A stretch of DNA of 64,000 nucleotides from positions 3,406,587-3,470,586 of the forward strand of contig CM120648.1 in the NCBI GenBank assembly GCA_051362555.1, in the 5' to 3' direction. This DNA is from Lingula anatina (lineage: Eukaryota; Animalia; Brachiopoda). Below, in pieces: positions 1-13,323 of the stretch; position 1 is the first letter of the stretch, and the number at the start of each line of letters is the position of its first letter. The notes under the pieces are model-generated. The model saw only the letters and a program-made list of their open reading frames with translations. It had not been told where the DNA came from and ran no database searches. The position numbers and the translations under genes are program-made.

Positions 1-206
1 GCTTTTCAGAGCTACTTCAAGGAGATCATTTTGCTTCTTTATAGAAACCCACAAGCTCCTGTTTTTTTTTCTCCTCCTTTTTTTCTTGCCATAGTATTTG
101 TACATTTGTGCATTCCATAGTGATGTCTGTACTTTTTTCTTTATATATACAGAGTAGAACATTATCTCTTAAACGAGTTTAAAATCCTTCAAGGCACTGG
201 AGTTTG

Positions 207-245
<39 letters not shown>

Positions 246-714
246 ACATACACACTCATTAAATTAATTCACTCTCTGCTCCTCACAGTTGGGGTTTCAT
301 CAGTTAAAAACGTCACTAATAACACTGATGAACAAATAGGAATAAAAAAGACACCCCAGGTGACCAGTAAACCAACACCTCGGTGTGTGCGGTCATCTAT
401 CATAGTGGACATCAGAGGTTGAATGAAACCACTCGCCAACTGTCCAGTCCACTTCAAAAGCCATTCAAGTCTGAAGATGAAGTGTCTGTCTATTTCAAGG
501 GTCAGCCACTCAGAACAATGGTCTGATTGAAGTGGTCATTGTTGTCTTATTTGAAGGGTGATTGATTGTGTGGAGTTTTTTTTTTTTTTTTGGTGGGGGG
601 GGGGGGGTAGTGTTTGGTGGTCTCTCTTTTCTCTTATGCCACCTCTTGCTTGCTCATTAGCCCCCACACAGTTACATTTATATATGTGTACTTAATAGTT
701 GTGGACATGTGCAT

Positions 715-759
<45 letters not shown>

Positions 760-1801
760 AAAAAACAAATCATCCCACAGGCACCCATTACAACCCTCTA
801 CTTCGTATTTTCTTAAATGCTAGTGATGGGACAGATTATTTCCCCAAGTGGAGAAAAGCTCTATAGCTGATTGTTGCCCAATATTTTTCAATTGCCTCAC
901 ATTTTCTAGTATTTTCAAAGCATTTACCATTTACAGATGCACACAGCAGTGGGCTTTTTAAGCAAATGAAGACAACTAACTTAAAGTTTTTTGAATCAGC
1001 GTTTCAAAGTTTAACTCTGAAGACTTTTTTTTTTTTTGGGGGGGGGGGGGAGGTGATTTATTCATCGTGCTCCAAATATACTGTGTACTTACCAAGGGTT
1101 CCCAGCCATGTGTGAAATGGAAGCTGGTACTGTGGAGGGGTCTATTAAAGTGACATAAAAAATACAGTACTGTTCATCAAATGAAGACCGGGTTCAAGTG
1201 GATAAGTGACTCTGGAGTGAATAAAAGAGAGGGAGGTTAGCTGTGAGGAGAGGTAAATTAGGGAAAATGTGGAAAAATTTTTGTGATACAAGAAGTCATA
1301 CATTTTTCACCAATTCAGTCTTTGTGTTTTGTTATTTCAAGCAATAATTGAAAGGGGTTTAATTCTCTCTTTGAGAAAAAAAAATGACTCATTGAAATAA
1401 AAACAATTGATTTAAAAAAATGAGGAAAAGTCTAAATTGTACTGACCTTTACGAGTATTGGACCAAGTGCAAAAATGACGAAAGACTGTTAAGTTTGTTG
1501 AATTGCTTGAGTAGTTGTATTGGTAGTGTTGTGGGAATTATCAGTAAGTAAAATAGTACAGAGTAGAATCAAGTGGAAACAGCAGTAATGCTCAAAAATG
1601 CTCTGATGCAAACTAAGTAGCAGTAGACCGTGGATTCATGTTTTTAGGAGGTGGACAAAAGTGTACTCCCTCACCACTATTTGCAAAACTTTTTGGGGGC
1701 TTATTTTTGGAGGGTTTGGAATCAGTCTTGAATCCTCCAGTAGTTGTTTCCATAAACTTACTTTGTAAAAAGGTGAAGAGGGGTTCACACACACACAAAC
1801 A

Positions 1802-1833
<32 letters not shown>

Positions 1834-1961
1834 ATTATTATTTGTATAAGGCACAAATATAGGTACCCAAAAATGACGTATTTTATAGAGAGAAATAATA
1901 TGTAGGTTAACATTTATACAAGATTGAAATATCTCTGTGGTCAACCCAAGCTCTCAGATAA

Positions 1962-2448
1962 CGGGCCATTCCTAATGAAACTAGCAGTGTACATGGAATG
2001 ATCTAACTCTGTGGGGACTCTTGCTGAATGCAATCTGATTAACTGAGTGACATGCCATCTCTTGTTGCCAACCTATTCATATATTCTTCAGCTTTTCTGT
2101 ATTCTACTTAAGCCTAGGTCCCAACTACGTTTTGGACGCACAGTTTTTTAGTTCCTTGTGTCCAGCTAGGACACAGCTAGATCGCACGTAACGGCTGTTG
2201 ATCATGTTGAAAAGTTACTACGTGCTGTTTGCATCCTCCAAAAGTTGCACGATGGACGTGCTCCTCACGCATGAACTCCCAAGTTTTCCCCATTTTTTTG
2301 GCCGTAGACCACACGTAGCAGCCCGTACGTTTGGTTGAGACCTAGGCTTTAATGCCAGAAAAAGGCATAGTAGACTTAATCTGATGCGAGATTCGCTCCA
2401 GACTTGTATCGATCTATATAGAATGTTAAGTTTATTGGGAATGGGCCC
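1962..2448. mobile_element. Older Harbinger-type MITE family 3 copy, interrupted by a nested MITE
   Basis: Termini resemble GGGCCCATTCC...GGAATGGGCCC; internal GACTCTyGCTGAATGCAATC and CTGTATTCTACT are shared with copies at 4335, 42847 and 57758. Confidence 0.75.
2111..2348. mobile_element. Nested MITE (Harbinger-type), 238 bp
   Basis: TIR AGCCTAGGTCCCAAC...GTTGAGACCTAGGCT; TSD TTA on both sides. Confidence 0.82.
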
Positions 2449-3199
2449 TTAGACATGTGTTTCCAATATAGACCCTCATCTACTTTGTAGTTAAAAACAC
2501 ATTTACAAAAATATTGAGCTTCAAGTTTTGTGTTAGAGAGATTTGATATCTGATAGTTTGCCAAAAAAAGGTTGTTAAATTGAAGTAGTTAATAGGTTTT
2601 CAAATTTATTAGGTACTTGAGAACCTGCAGTTGTGGTTTGGATTACAACATTTCTTTTTGTGTATTTATGTACCATTTATGTGCTAGGACATTTGATTTC
2701 TTTTTATTCGATAATTTTGATATATTATATTTTAAGCATAAAACATGCAGTGGTGCATAGTGTAGTTGAGCATGGATTTACCTTATATTTTCCGGTTGCA
2801 ATTAGTATGTGTTTTAACTTTTTTGGATCAGATGTATTGTAGGAGAAAAATCAGATGGATGTGAGTTGGAGGGGGGTGGTCTATTAAAATCAATTAAACT
2901 TACCATTTTTATGTTATAAACAGATTAACAGTTTAAGCCCACTGAAAGAGAAGACTTTGCAACATAGAAACATCGGGATTTTTAACTTTCTTTGTCATTG
3001 CTCTAAAATTTTTTTTACCATCCTTATATGTAGAAAATTATTGGGTCCCTTAAAATTTAAGTAAATTCTAAATATATTCTGCCTCTCTTACTGAGAATAT
3101 GTAAGATTTATTGTATATAGGCAAATTTACCATTGATTGAGTTCATAACCTAGATGTGGCTTTATTTACTAGCTTTCTGGCATAAAAGAAATTGTCTCA

Positions 3200-3745
3200 G
3201 AGCGTATTCTCAACGAATTAAGCCAGGCTTTACAAAGCCGGTGACCTAAAAATGGCGGACGTACATGAAAGAAAAACCGCCTAATCTTTTAATAGTCTCT
3301 CCGCCTCCCCACACGTCGTCCCTGCGGGGTACAGTAATTAAATCTCGGCTCCGTTCGCCATGCGGAAGCTACCTGAGAAATATTAAGTGCGCATGCTCAT
3401 CAGTTAAACTCGTGGTGAAGAAGGCATGGCGGCTGAAGGCGATCGGAGGAAAAAAGCTCTTCTTTTCTATTATCTTTGAAAACAGAGATGAAAAAGGAAT
3501 AATTTGGCCCGTAGAGCAGCAATGAATCGACTATCTAAGGAGATAATATCACCAGAGATATTCACGGAAATATTAATGTTCGGAGCCGAGATTTAATTAC
3601 TGTACCCCGCAGGGATGACGTGTGGGGAGGCGTGTGAGAGGCGGAGAGACTATTAAAAGATTAGGCGGTTTTTCTTTCATGTACGTCTGCCATTTTTAGG
3701 TCACCGGCTTTGTAAAGCCTGGCTTAATTCGTTGAGAATGCGCTC
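3200..3745. mobile_element. PIF/Harbinger (Tourist-like) MITE family 1, copy A, 546 bp
   Basis: ~150-bp TIRs (GAGCGTATTCTCAACG...CGTTGAGAATGCGCTC); 3-bp TSD TCA; near-identical copy at 12778. Confidence 0.9.
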
Positions 3746-4334
3746 TCAGAGTGAGTTGGGGGGGGAGGGGGGAGAAATGGTAGGAATCTGTCCATGCACT
3801 AGGAATAGTGGATAATCCTTTATAATCACCCTAAAGCTGTTATTAGAGACCCTCCCAGTTAATCCCACCTTATCCTATTTAGGGTGATCACTCGCCTGGA
3901 ATGAAGTGAACTTCACTTTTGTAGTTTGTACAGAATAGTTGAGTTGAAGAGATTTTAAAGCTTGATCAAATACCATTGCTGTTTTTCTTTGATTTATTTA
4001 TTAAGGATTTAGGGACTTTAGGCTGTGGTGATCATTGTCTTAATTTGAACAAATTGATTAATTGTAGTTTTTCTTTAACAATGTTTTGTCGTTAATTCCC
4101 AAAAGGATGATTGCTCAGCTTTGAATGGTAAATTGATTTCATGTCAAAAATTGTTAATTGAAAATGATGAATCTTTTTTCTTTTATGAAATAGTGAAAGA
4201 AATGAGATGTTCGAAACATGTACATTCCAACTTGCATCCTGAGTTCTCTCTGCCTTTTTTAAATACTCTGGTACATGAGAGGTACCCAGAATTTAATGAT
4301 TTACCTGGAACTAAAAAAAAATAGCATCATCATC

Positions 4335-4575
4335 AGGCATAGAAACTTTCAATTTCTAGAAAATTCTCTGCGTGGACTCTCACTGAATGCAATCAGATTA
4401 ACAGGTTAACACGCCTCTTCTTGGTTTAAATGTACTTGTATAATCACCAGTTTCTCTGTATTCTACTCAACAACAGGATGTATTTTTATCTGTAAATCTG
4501 ATGTCATTCAGCGAGAGTCCCTACGGAGTTGGATCGATCAATGTAGAACAAAAGTTAAAAATTGGAAATGAGCCC
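4335..4575. mobile_element. MITE family 3 copy (left end degraded, start approximate)
   Basis: Same core, and right TIR ...CATTCAGCGAGAGTCCC...GGATCGATC...GGAAATGAGCCC. Confidence 0.7.
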
Positions 4576-5820
4576 ATTGGGTCAAGTTCTCGTTGGTCTC
4601 TTAAACTCAGGGTGTTTCTGGACACCACAGAGCTATTCTGATGATGAAACTGGGTGTCCAGGAATCTCAGATACGCGGGGTGCTGGGAGGTAAACTAAGG
4701 GTTAATTGGCTATGCAAACAGACACTTGTCTGTCTGAGGGATGCCGAGGAGGTAATTTGTACCCCTGACCTACACGGCTCAGACGTGATAAAGAGCTGGA
4801 AATTTGTTCAAGGAGATCAAACATGTCCGTCATCTTGTTTGGTGAAGTACAAATGAGCAGATCAAACGGTGACTTTGATCTTGTATTGAGTATGTTTGTG
4901 GTAGTAGGAAAGCTATACCATGTGCTTCTACTACCAGTACAGCTTGGTATTCCCAGCCAAAATAACTGGTGTTTAAAGAGATGTACTGCCTTTCTCTCCC
5001 TCCCTTCCTCTACCCCCCCCCCCCCCCCATTCTTCCTCCTTCCCTTCATCTCTTCTCCTCCTTCTCTTTCCTTCTCTTAGTCTCTCTCTCTCTCTCCTTT
5101 TCTCTCCCTTTCTGTTACTTTTGTTTCTCTCTCTTCCCCAATGTGATAGATATATCAATAGAAAAGATCACATAGAAGCAAGATCCCAGTCCTTCAGGTC
5201 AAATAATGGACCTAAATGTTAACTAGTGAACACTTCTGCTGAGATGAATAGCTTCATGGTCTCTCCTACTTATACCAGTCTAGACGGCTCATTTCATCAC
5301 AGGCATGTTTACACTGTATTGAAAGATGATCTGATGAAGATGCAAACCTGGTGTGCATACCTTTTTCACCTGTAAAGTTATGATCTACACAAAAAACCTA
5401 TCCTAATGTGCTAACATGATAAAGCTGCAGAAGGTAGTCTTAACATGGTATTGTTTTTATATGTTAGTAATATCTGACATCCAGGTTCGATTTTGGGTTG
5501 ATCCACTTAGCAATGTATAAACCCTCCTCACCACTAAACTTTTTCTTATATAGTATTGTGTGGCTTAGTAACCATTTTTTGACTTGTATTTTTATACTTT
5601 TGTCTTTTGAATACAGGATGAGATCATTTACTGCTGTATTAAAGGAAGAAAGGGTGTATGTTTCTCTGACTTTGATCTCACACATAACAAAGTAAACTGA
5701 CTTGACAGAATAAAAGGAACATGCATGATGACTTTTATACAATATGATTAACATACTGTTTCTAATGTGTATTGTTTAAATGAATGGAAAGAGACAACTG
5801 TGTGAATTCATGTTGACTAA

Positions 5821-6038
5821 GGGCGTATTCCCAGACATTTAGATCGATCTATCCTCGTGGAGAGTCTCACTAGATTACTGTCAGATAATCCAGCTTAAAT
5901 GTCTGTCCCGCCTACTACAAGCTGTAAGGGGGTAATTAACTTTCGTGCCCGCTCGGCTAGCTGACAGCTATTTAGCGTGAACCCCCAGGGAGTTAGGTCG
6001 ATCTAGTTTGGATCGATCTAATCTCTGGGAATGGGGTC
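5821..6038. mobile_element. Harbinger-type MITE family 2, copy A
   Basis: Imperfect TIRs GGGCGTATTCCCAGA...TCTGGGAATGGGGTC; TSD TAA; second copy at 31220. Confidence 0.85.
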
Positions 6039-7482
6039 TAAGCCTAAGGTCAAAAATTTTATTGGACTACTACAGAACTGCTATAGGAAAAAATGTAGCA
6101 AATTGTATCAGACTCCTGTAAGACTGCTAAAGAAGAAATATAGAAAAATTCTATAGGACTAATAGGACTGCTAAAGGAAAAATGTGGAAAATTCCATGGG
6201 ACTACTTCATATGAATGCTGTGTTGGAAAAACCAAAGGAATCTAATGGGAAATTATTTGGCAATTCACGAAAGTGGAAAATATATTAATGTGAAAAATAA
6301 ATGATGGAGTATGCTTATCCTTCCAAAACAGTCTAATAATAACAGTTATTCAGCTTGTATATAAAAGATACATTAAGACAGATTTCTGTAACAAACATTT
6401 GAAAAAAAAAACACACACATTAGTTACTGTTTATGTTTTGTTGATTATATCTGCACTTCAATATTTTTTGTACAACAGGAGAAAATATTTTGATACATGT
6501 ATACCAATATTTATGAATGTTCACAGTTTGCTTTATTTGAAGGGTTCAATTAAATTGGTAATCAAGTTTTATAATTCAAGAGTCACAGAATGGACTGTGA
6601 TTTCTGTGGCATGATCGATGAATGAGTCCTTTGTTGAATCAAAGTGGATTACTTGTCATTTGAGAACTCTAAACATTAATTGTCATGTACTTAAGATGGA
6701 TGGTTGCTTTTTTATCATAACCAGGGTTGGATGGATAGAATGAATGGAACTGTTTCTCATTTTGTAAGGAAAATCTGAATTGGCAAATAATTTGTTACAT
6801 CTACTGTTGTGCATGATACCTGAATGATTGTTTTTTATTTAAAAAAGGAAGAAAAAACTTTTTACCCACTTTGTGGAAAAAATATCTAAATTGGCAAGTA
6901 ATGAAGTGCTTTAAAACACACATTATGGCAGGTGGTTTTTGTTTATGTAGACTGTTGCCAGCTAAAATGAACAGCCCTTTCCAAATATTTTTGAAAAAGA
7001 ATTTCCTGCAATATTTTAAAAGCCAGTGTGGTTACATAATTTTCTTTCTTCAGACAGAGTGTTTCAGTAAAAGATTGTATTGTATTTAATGCCTTCAGCA
7101 TGTAGGCATCGTCTGTTAAAGATGGTTGAAATACCACTATAAATATAGGCATCTTTCAACCACATCCTTCGGTGTGTATAATCTTTTTTCTTGCATAAAA
7201 TGGTATGTTTCTGAAGTTTTGATCAAAATTGATTTGAGTTTCAGTGGCAGGTGGACAAGGAAAACTGGTTAGAAAGAGCATTGGATTAATTTGTGAGATA
7301 TTTTGTTTTAATTCTTCAAATTGATTAAGTCTGAATTGGTCAGTTGGTTTATGGTGTTAATGAAATGGATAAACAGTTTTTTTTAAAGCTTGGTGCACTT
7401 AACAAGGACTATCATTGAACTTAGACATTAATGTGGTAAGGCCAAGGATAGTGAAATGTAAGTGTCTTGCAAAGACACTTGT

Positions 7483-7526
<44 letters not shown>

Positions 7527-8416
7527 CAGCATTTTATGAATAAGATGAAATGCATTTGAAATTGGCCAACTTGAAAGATGATGTCCATGTTGTAAGTACC
7601 TAAACACATTGGATTGCCAATTTTTAGAAGTTATTTTGGTGTATTTTGTGCATGTGGAAGTGTACGGTTATCCAGGTTTTAAGAAAAAAATTGGTTCAGA
7701 TATTTGGAAAATTAATTCCTTTTACATGGCAAAAAAAAAATCATACATACACTTTTAATGATTTTTACTTATATATAAAGCTCACAAATTCTCACAGTCA
7801 AAGCCCTCAGTCACCTTTGATCTCAGCAAATTGAAAAGTCAGCACCTCAAGAACCTTAAAAAAAACCCTGATCTTTCTCAGTTGTGCAACAAGATTAGAG
7901 AATAATCTTAACTGTAGCAAAAGAAGAATAGAATTGACGCAGCAGGATCCTTGATCAAAGAAAACAAACAGAAATATTGTTATGTCTGTCTTAGGGATAT
8001 CCTTAGGTGGTCAGGTTCGTGTTCTCGTTGGGTAACAGGGCAAACATTGGGTTATATCCAGTTTGCTTTTCATCCCACTCAGTAGTAATCTCACCTTAAT
8101 ACATATCCTGAAGCCGCAGTTCCAGTTAAGTTATAGCTGCTTAACTTATCAGATCCAATTTGCTTTTCAGCCCAAAGCAATGTATAATTGTCCAGTTACA
8201 GTCAAACTATTTTTAGTTTAGATTAAAATTGTTCAAGAAATGTGTTGAATCTTGCTGGCAGGTTAAGAGAGATTGTTAAAAGGTTGGCATCAGAATTAAG
8301 TATGTTTTCAAGGCATAATCTTGTTGAAAGTCATTAGTATGGTGCATTGATCATGGCAGCTTTTACTAACAAAAAAAAACAAACTCTCTGCTCATTCCTA
8401 TTTTATCCCCTCTCAG

Positions 8417-8453
<37 letters not shown>

Positions 8454-10225
8454 AACACACACACTCACACACACACACACCACTCAGTATGCATCCATCA
8501 TATAATTGTTTCTCCTGACTAAACCCTGCCGTTGTCTGATTTTTATCGCTGTGGGGAGGTCTAATCCTCCCTGCAGCCTCACACGCCCCCTTTAGGCCGT
8601 ATATGTGACAAAAGCCACACCTCTCTCCCTCTCTTCACTGTGTTTTCTTTGAAAATATCAAAGGTGTCTGCCGGAAAATCACATTACGTCATTGTTAATC
8701 TACAGCAGTTTTGGCAGTTTATTAGATTAGAGTATTGTTGTGTTATTTGCCTCCACGGAAGGAGGAAGGCAAGGAGTGTATTGACATGCTAAGAGGTGGG
8801 GAGGGTTTAGCTCGGGGTCTGTGGGCTCTAACGTAATGTTTTATTTGCACAAAATGTGGCAAGTTACAGTTGATTGCTAAGCTAACATTAAATTTGCTCC
8901 TTGAAACATTTATAACTGCCTTTTGACAACAGAGCGGTCTGGGTTTGAAAGGGTGTGGATTACATAACCCGGAGTTACAGAGTTGCAAACGCCACCCTGC
9001 AGCTAGGAGTTTCCGTCCCCTGTTTGTTGACTCAACGGTACTTATGTTGTTTTTGCATATTTCAATTATATTTTCATAGAGACTAATGGATAAGTCCTGA
9101 TAAGTTGGGCAGTCAATTTAAAATTTCGATAAATTTTAGTGCCTTCTAGGCAAAAAATGCTCATAGGATTAGCTTTGATATTATTTGATTTCTCCATTTC
9201 TTTCACTAGATGTTATAATTGGAAACAATAAATGATTTGGAGAATTTTTGACCTCGGGACAAAAAATAATTGACTATTAAATTGATATTCCTCAAATATT
9301 TCCTTTTCTTACACTGGAATTGGGCAAATTTGGGTCTTCATTCTGTCTGCTGTATTTGAAAACTTAAATAAGCAATTATTGTTTTTTTTTAAGGATAACT
9401 ACAATCACATTTTATCACACTTGTTGGAATCTCTTCAGATGGAGTGGTATAGTTAAGTGTTAAAGTATACTGGTACACTTAAAAGGCCTAGTATGTTATT
9501 GTTGGGGGCAGGAGGCCGGGGGGGGGGGGGGGTACCTCCTTTGGCACGTTCTCCACAATGTTTCACTTCCTGCTGTTTTTTTAAGTGAAGTAATTGCTGG
9601 TGATGAGTGTAGATGTTTCATTCAGTCTCTCTTCTGTAATAGCCAGGTGATAATTGAGTTAATTCTCAGTTTTTCAAAGTGTACCTAGTACATGGGTAAT
9701 ATCTTTCAGCTAGAGTATATCGTTAAATGTAAGGTCCTTAATCCAGCTTGTTTTTAGTGTGAATGTTTTTTTTTTTTTTTTTTCATTTTTTATTTTTTCA
9801 TAAATCCCACTTGACTACCTTAAATTTATTGCCGTGCGTTGATTTAATTGGAAAAAAAGCATAAGAAAAAACCTTTCAAACTTTTCAGTTTATGAATAGA
9901 AAAATGTTCATAGTGCATACACACTCTATGCAGTTTGTCCTGGCCTGGTTATTACTGTGAACATAATGAGTATTTTCCAACACTTCAAAGAGCTGGGAGC
10001 AATTTTCTCCACTTAAAACAAAATCACAAAGCATAATATTACGTAGTGTTTGTCAGGACGATAAGTCAAATCAGAAGGAAGGCGTAGGGTCGCAATTTTC
10101 TCAGTTGAATCACAGTGACCTCAGGATCAGCCCGGGTGTGTGCGGGACACGTGGAGGTGATATTGCGACGTGAGAAATGTTAAGTGAATTTGACAGGGAC
10201 TTGTATGCAGTGATCCTCACACCCA

Positions 10226-10227
<2 letters not shown>

Positions 10228-10278
<51 letters not shown>
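10228..10278. repeat. (GT)n microsatellite
   Basis: Direct reading. Confidence 0.95.
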
Positions 10279-10279
<1 letters not shown>

Positions 10280-11009
10280 TTTATAAGTGTGTGAGTGTAG
10301 ATAGATTGATAGATGTACATATTATGTTTGATTATAGACTTGTTAACTTAAAGGCTTTTTTAGATATATGGCTCTAGGCATTTGCCAGTTTGGTAAAAAA
10401 AAATAAGTCTGTAACAAATGAATCAATATTTTCTTCCAGTAAGGTTGAAGAAAAAAAAACAGTGTGTTCTAATCCACAACATGCTGATTATTTACCTCCT
10501 GTTCTTGCTATCTCCAATGAGTGAAATATTCTATCATCCGAACTGGCTTTCAAATATTTCAACACACTTTGAAACCACATTCCTTTGAATTAAGAGCCAT
10601 TCTGGTTGTGATAACCATCACAGAAACCTGTTTCATCACCAAATTGGCGAATCCGGAACCAGGAGAGAGAAAATTGATTTTCACCCTGTTCCAGACATTC
10701 TCTGCCCTGAATTTGAGATACTGGAAGCTGTAGTCTCGGCTTGCTGATAATGCAGAGGCCAGTTCTCAGTGTACTTTGAAACTCAGGGTGAATGTCCCCC
10801 TCACTGCTGAGGATGAAAATGTAGTGAAAAGTTTTCAGATACGGTGAGGTGTTCCCATGAAAGGAGTTGACAGCTCCCTTCAGGTTCAATATGTGTCATC
10901 ATTAGAACACATCTTAGCTTGCATGTGTGTGTTTTTTTTTTTTTTTTTGTTTTTTTTTTTTTTTTTGTTTTTTTTTTGGCTTTGTTGAAGTTGTTATTAT
11001 GATCAGGTT

Positions 11010-11250
11010 AACTATGAAACTCGGGGTGTGGCACATTGATAAATAAATAGAGGGTAGTTACCAGTAAACTATGAAACTCAGGTCGTGGAACATTGGTAAA
11101 TAAATAGAGGGTAGTTACCAGTAAACTATGAAACTCAGGGTGCGGCACTTGATAATTTGGGGTGGTTTCCAATAAACTACGAAACTCGGGGTGTGGTACA
11201 TTGATAATTTGGGGTGGTTTCCAATAAACTATGAAACTCAGGGTGTGGCC
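11010..11250. repeat. Minisatellite, ~4.5 units of ~50-58 bp
   Basis: AACTATGAAACTC(A/G)GGGTGTGG recurs five times, with two unit variants. Confidence 0.85.
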
Positions 11251-12777
11251 TAGGCTAACTTCTCATCCCCATTTTGAGTTGTTTGTAATCTGCTACCTTT
11301 TTGAGATGGATATCATTTAACTGAGGTAAGGTGAACGAGGTACAAGTTCATGGCAAACAGTACGGTGATTGATCTCAAATTTCAAATCACTTAACTTATT
11401 CCAACTGTTCATTCTTTTCAAGATTTGTCATTTATAGTTAGGGGAAAATTGTTACATTAACTTAACTGTCTAGGGTTTTTTTTTTTTTTTATTAATGAGG
11501 TATGAGTTTTTTGGATCAGTTTTGTATCCACCCTCTGAGCAATGTTAAAGTTATGGCTTCTTAGATCAGGGCTTAAATACTCTTAGAATCATATATATCT
11601 CCATGCGTAATTGTACAGGGCCGGCGGCACTGGAGGTGGGAGGGTGGGGGGTAGAGGATTTTGTATCATATTATTCTTAAGACCCTTAAGACCCAGATAC
11701 TTACCAAATATATATATATAAATAAAAATTTGCCACAAAAATTGTCCTGATATTTGTATCAGAAGAAGCTTTGTGGAAAATGAAAACAGGAAAAATTACA
11801 ACAAGTTTTAAAGCAAATTTTTAGCGAGAATCCGACCACGACCACCACTGCTGCTGTTAAGGAATTTGCGTACTCTACATAATATGTTTACGATGGCCAG
11901 AATGAGATACATGTTACCAGGAAATGAGTTGAATTCCTAGAATTTAAGTTCAAAGTGAGCAGTTACTTTGCCGGAATGAGGTCCAGATATATGTTAACCA
12001 GGTGGAGTGATTTTTATCGCAGACGGCTAATTAGTTGATGGACAGTGACTGGTGCCTGATGTGAAATACATTTTTATCTGTGTGCGTAAGTTTCTGTGCA
12101 TCTGTGTGTGTGTGTGCATGCCAATTTGTGCATGTTTGTTTGTATGAAAACTTAAGGGCAGTGTGATAATACTGAAACTCTGACTTACTCAGCAAAAAAA
12201 AAAAAAAACTTCAAAAATATGTGGTTTGTGCTGTGGACAATATCAAAAGAGTGATAAAGAAAAAAGAAAGCAACTCTTTAGTCATATTGCGAAATACTTC
12301 TTAGTTGGCTAAAATATTAATCAATTTTTTCTGGCACTGATTCTGTTTTAAGTATTGTTCTGAGAAACCTGCCCCTTAGTGAGCAGTCTATGATTAGAAT
12401 GTCTCCCGCTTTGTGTTTACATAATGGTAGGCGGGATAACAGGGAGAGTAGATAGACATTGTGTAAGCTCTTTATGGTTAGGTAACATAATCACATGCTC
12501 TGTGGAGATAATATGGTTCTTAGTTTAGATATCACTGCTGGAAAAAATCAGAGCACAACTTTTTTTATCTTTGCACCAGCATAACTCATGGAGATGCAAT
12601 ACATTGATGAATAAACAAACAGACAGACAGACAAATAAATAAACAAACAAACCAAATAAGTAAATGTATAAGTAAATAACTCTGGTAGTAAAAAAAAACA
12701 AACATCTGAATTGGAAATCGTACTTCGGGTGCCCAATTTTTAAATTTTTTAATTTTGTAAATTATGAAGATGGCTAA

Positions 12778-13323
12778 GAGCGCATTCTCAACGAATTAAG
12801 CCAGGCTTTACAAAGCCGGTGACCTAAAAATGGCGGACGTACATGAAAGAAAAACCGCCTAATCTTTTAATAGTCTCTCCGCCTCCCCACACGTCGTCCC
12901 TGCGGGGTGCAGTAATTAAATCTCGGCTCCGTTCGCCATGCGGAAGCTACCTGAGAAATATTAAGTGCGCATGCTCATCAGTTAAACTCGTGGTGAAGAA
13001 AGAATGGCGGCTGAAGGCGATCGAAGGAAAAAAGCTCTTCTGTTCTATTATCTTTGAAAACAGAGACGAAAAAGGAATAATTTGGCCCGTAGAGCAGCAA
13101 TGAATCGACTATCTACGGAGATAATATCACCAGAGATATTCACGGAAATATTAATGTTCGGAGCCGAGATTTAATTACTGTACCCCGCAGGGACGACGTG
13201 TGGGGAGGCGTGTGAGAGGCAGAGAGAGTATTAAAAGATTAGGCGGTTTTTCTTTCATGTACGTCCGCCATTTTTAGGTCACCGGCTTTGTAAAGCCTGG
13301 CTTAATTCGTTGAGAATGCGCTC
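12778..13323. mobile_element. PIF/Harbinger MITE family 1, copy B, 546 bp
   Basis: Same TIRs; TSD TAA; about 12 substitutions relative to copy A by manual comparison. Confidence 0.9.

Noticed and set aside
3265-3525. Duplicated 86-aa ORF (also at 12843-13103)
   Set aside because: It lies wholly inside the MITE TIR and interior and has no protein features; it is repeated only because the MITE is.
4638-4650. CTGATGA-TGAAAC hammerhead-like core
   Set aside because: There is no stem II between CUGAUGA and GAAA and no matching cleavage triplet geometry.
7460-7524. Hairpin followed by a long poly(T), resembling a bacterial terminator
   Set aside because: Animal intron; AT-rich 9-bp stem next to a homopolymer run.
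11010-11250. CRISPR-like repeat-spacer appearance
   Set aside because: The spacers are themselves repeated, the context is eukaryotic, and there are no cas genes.
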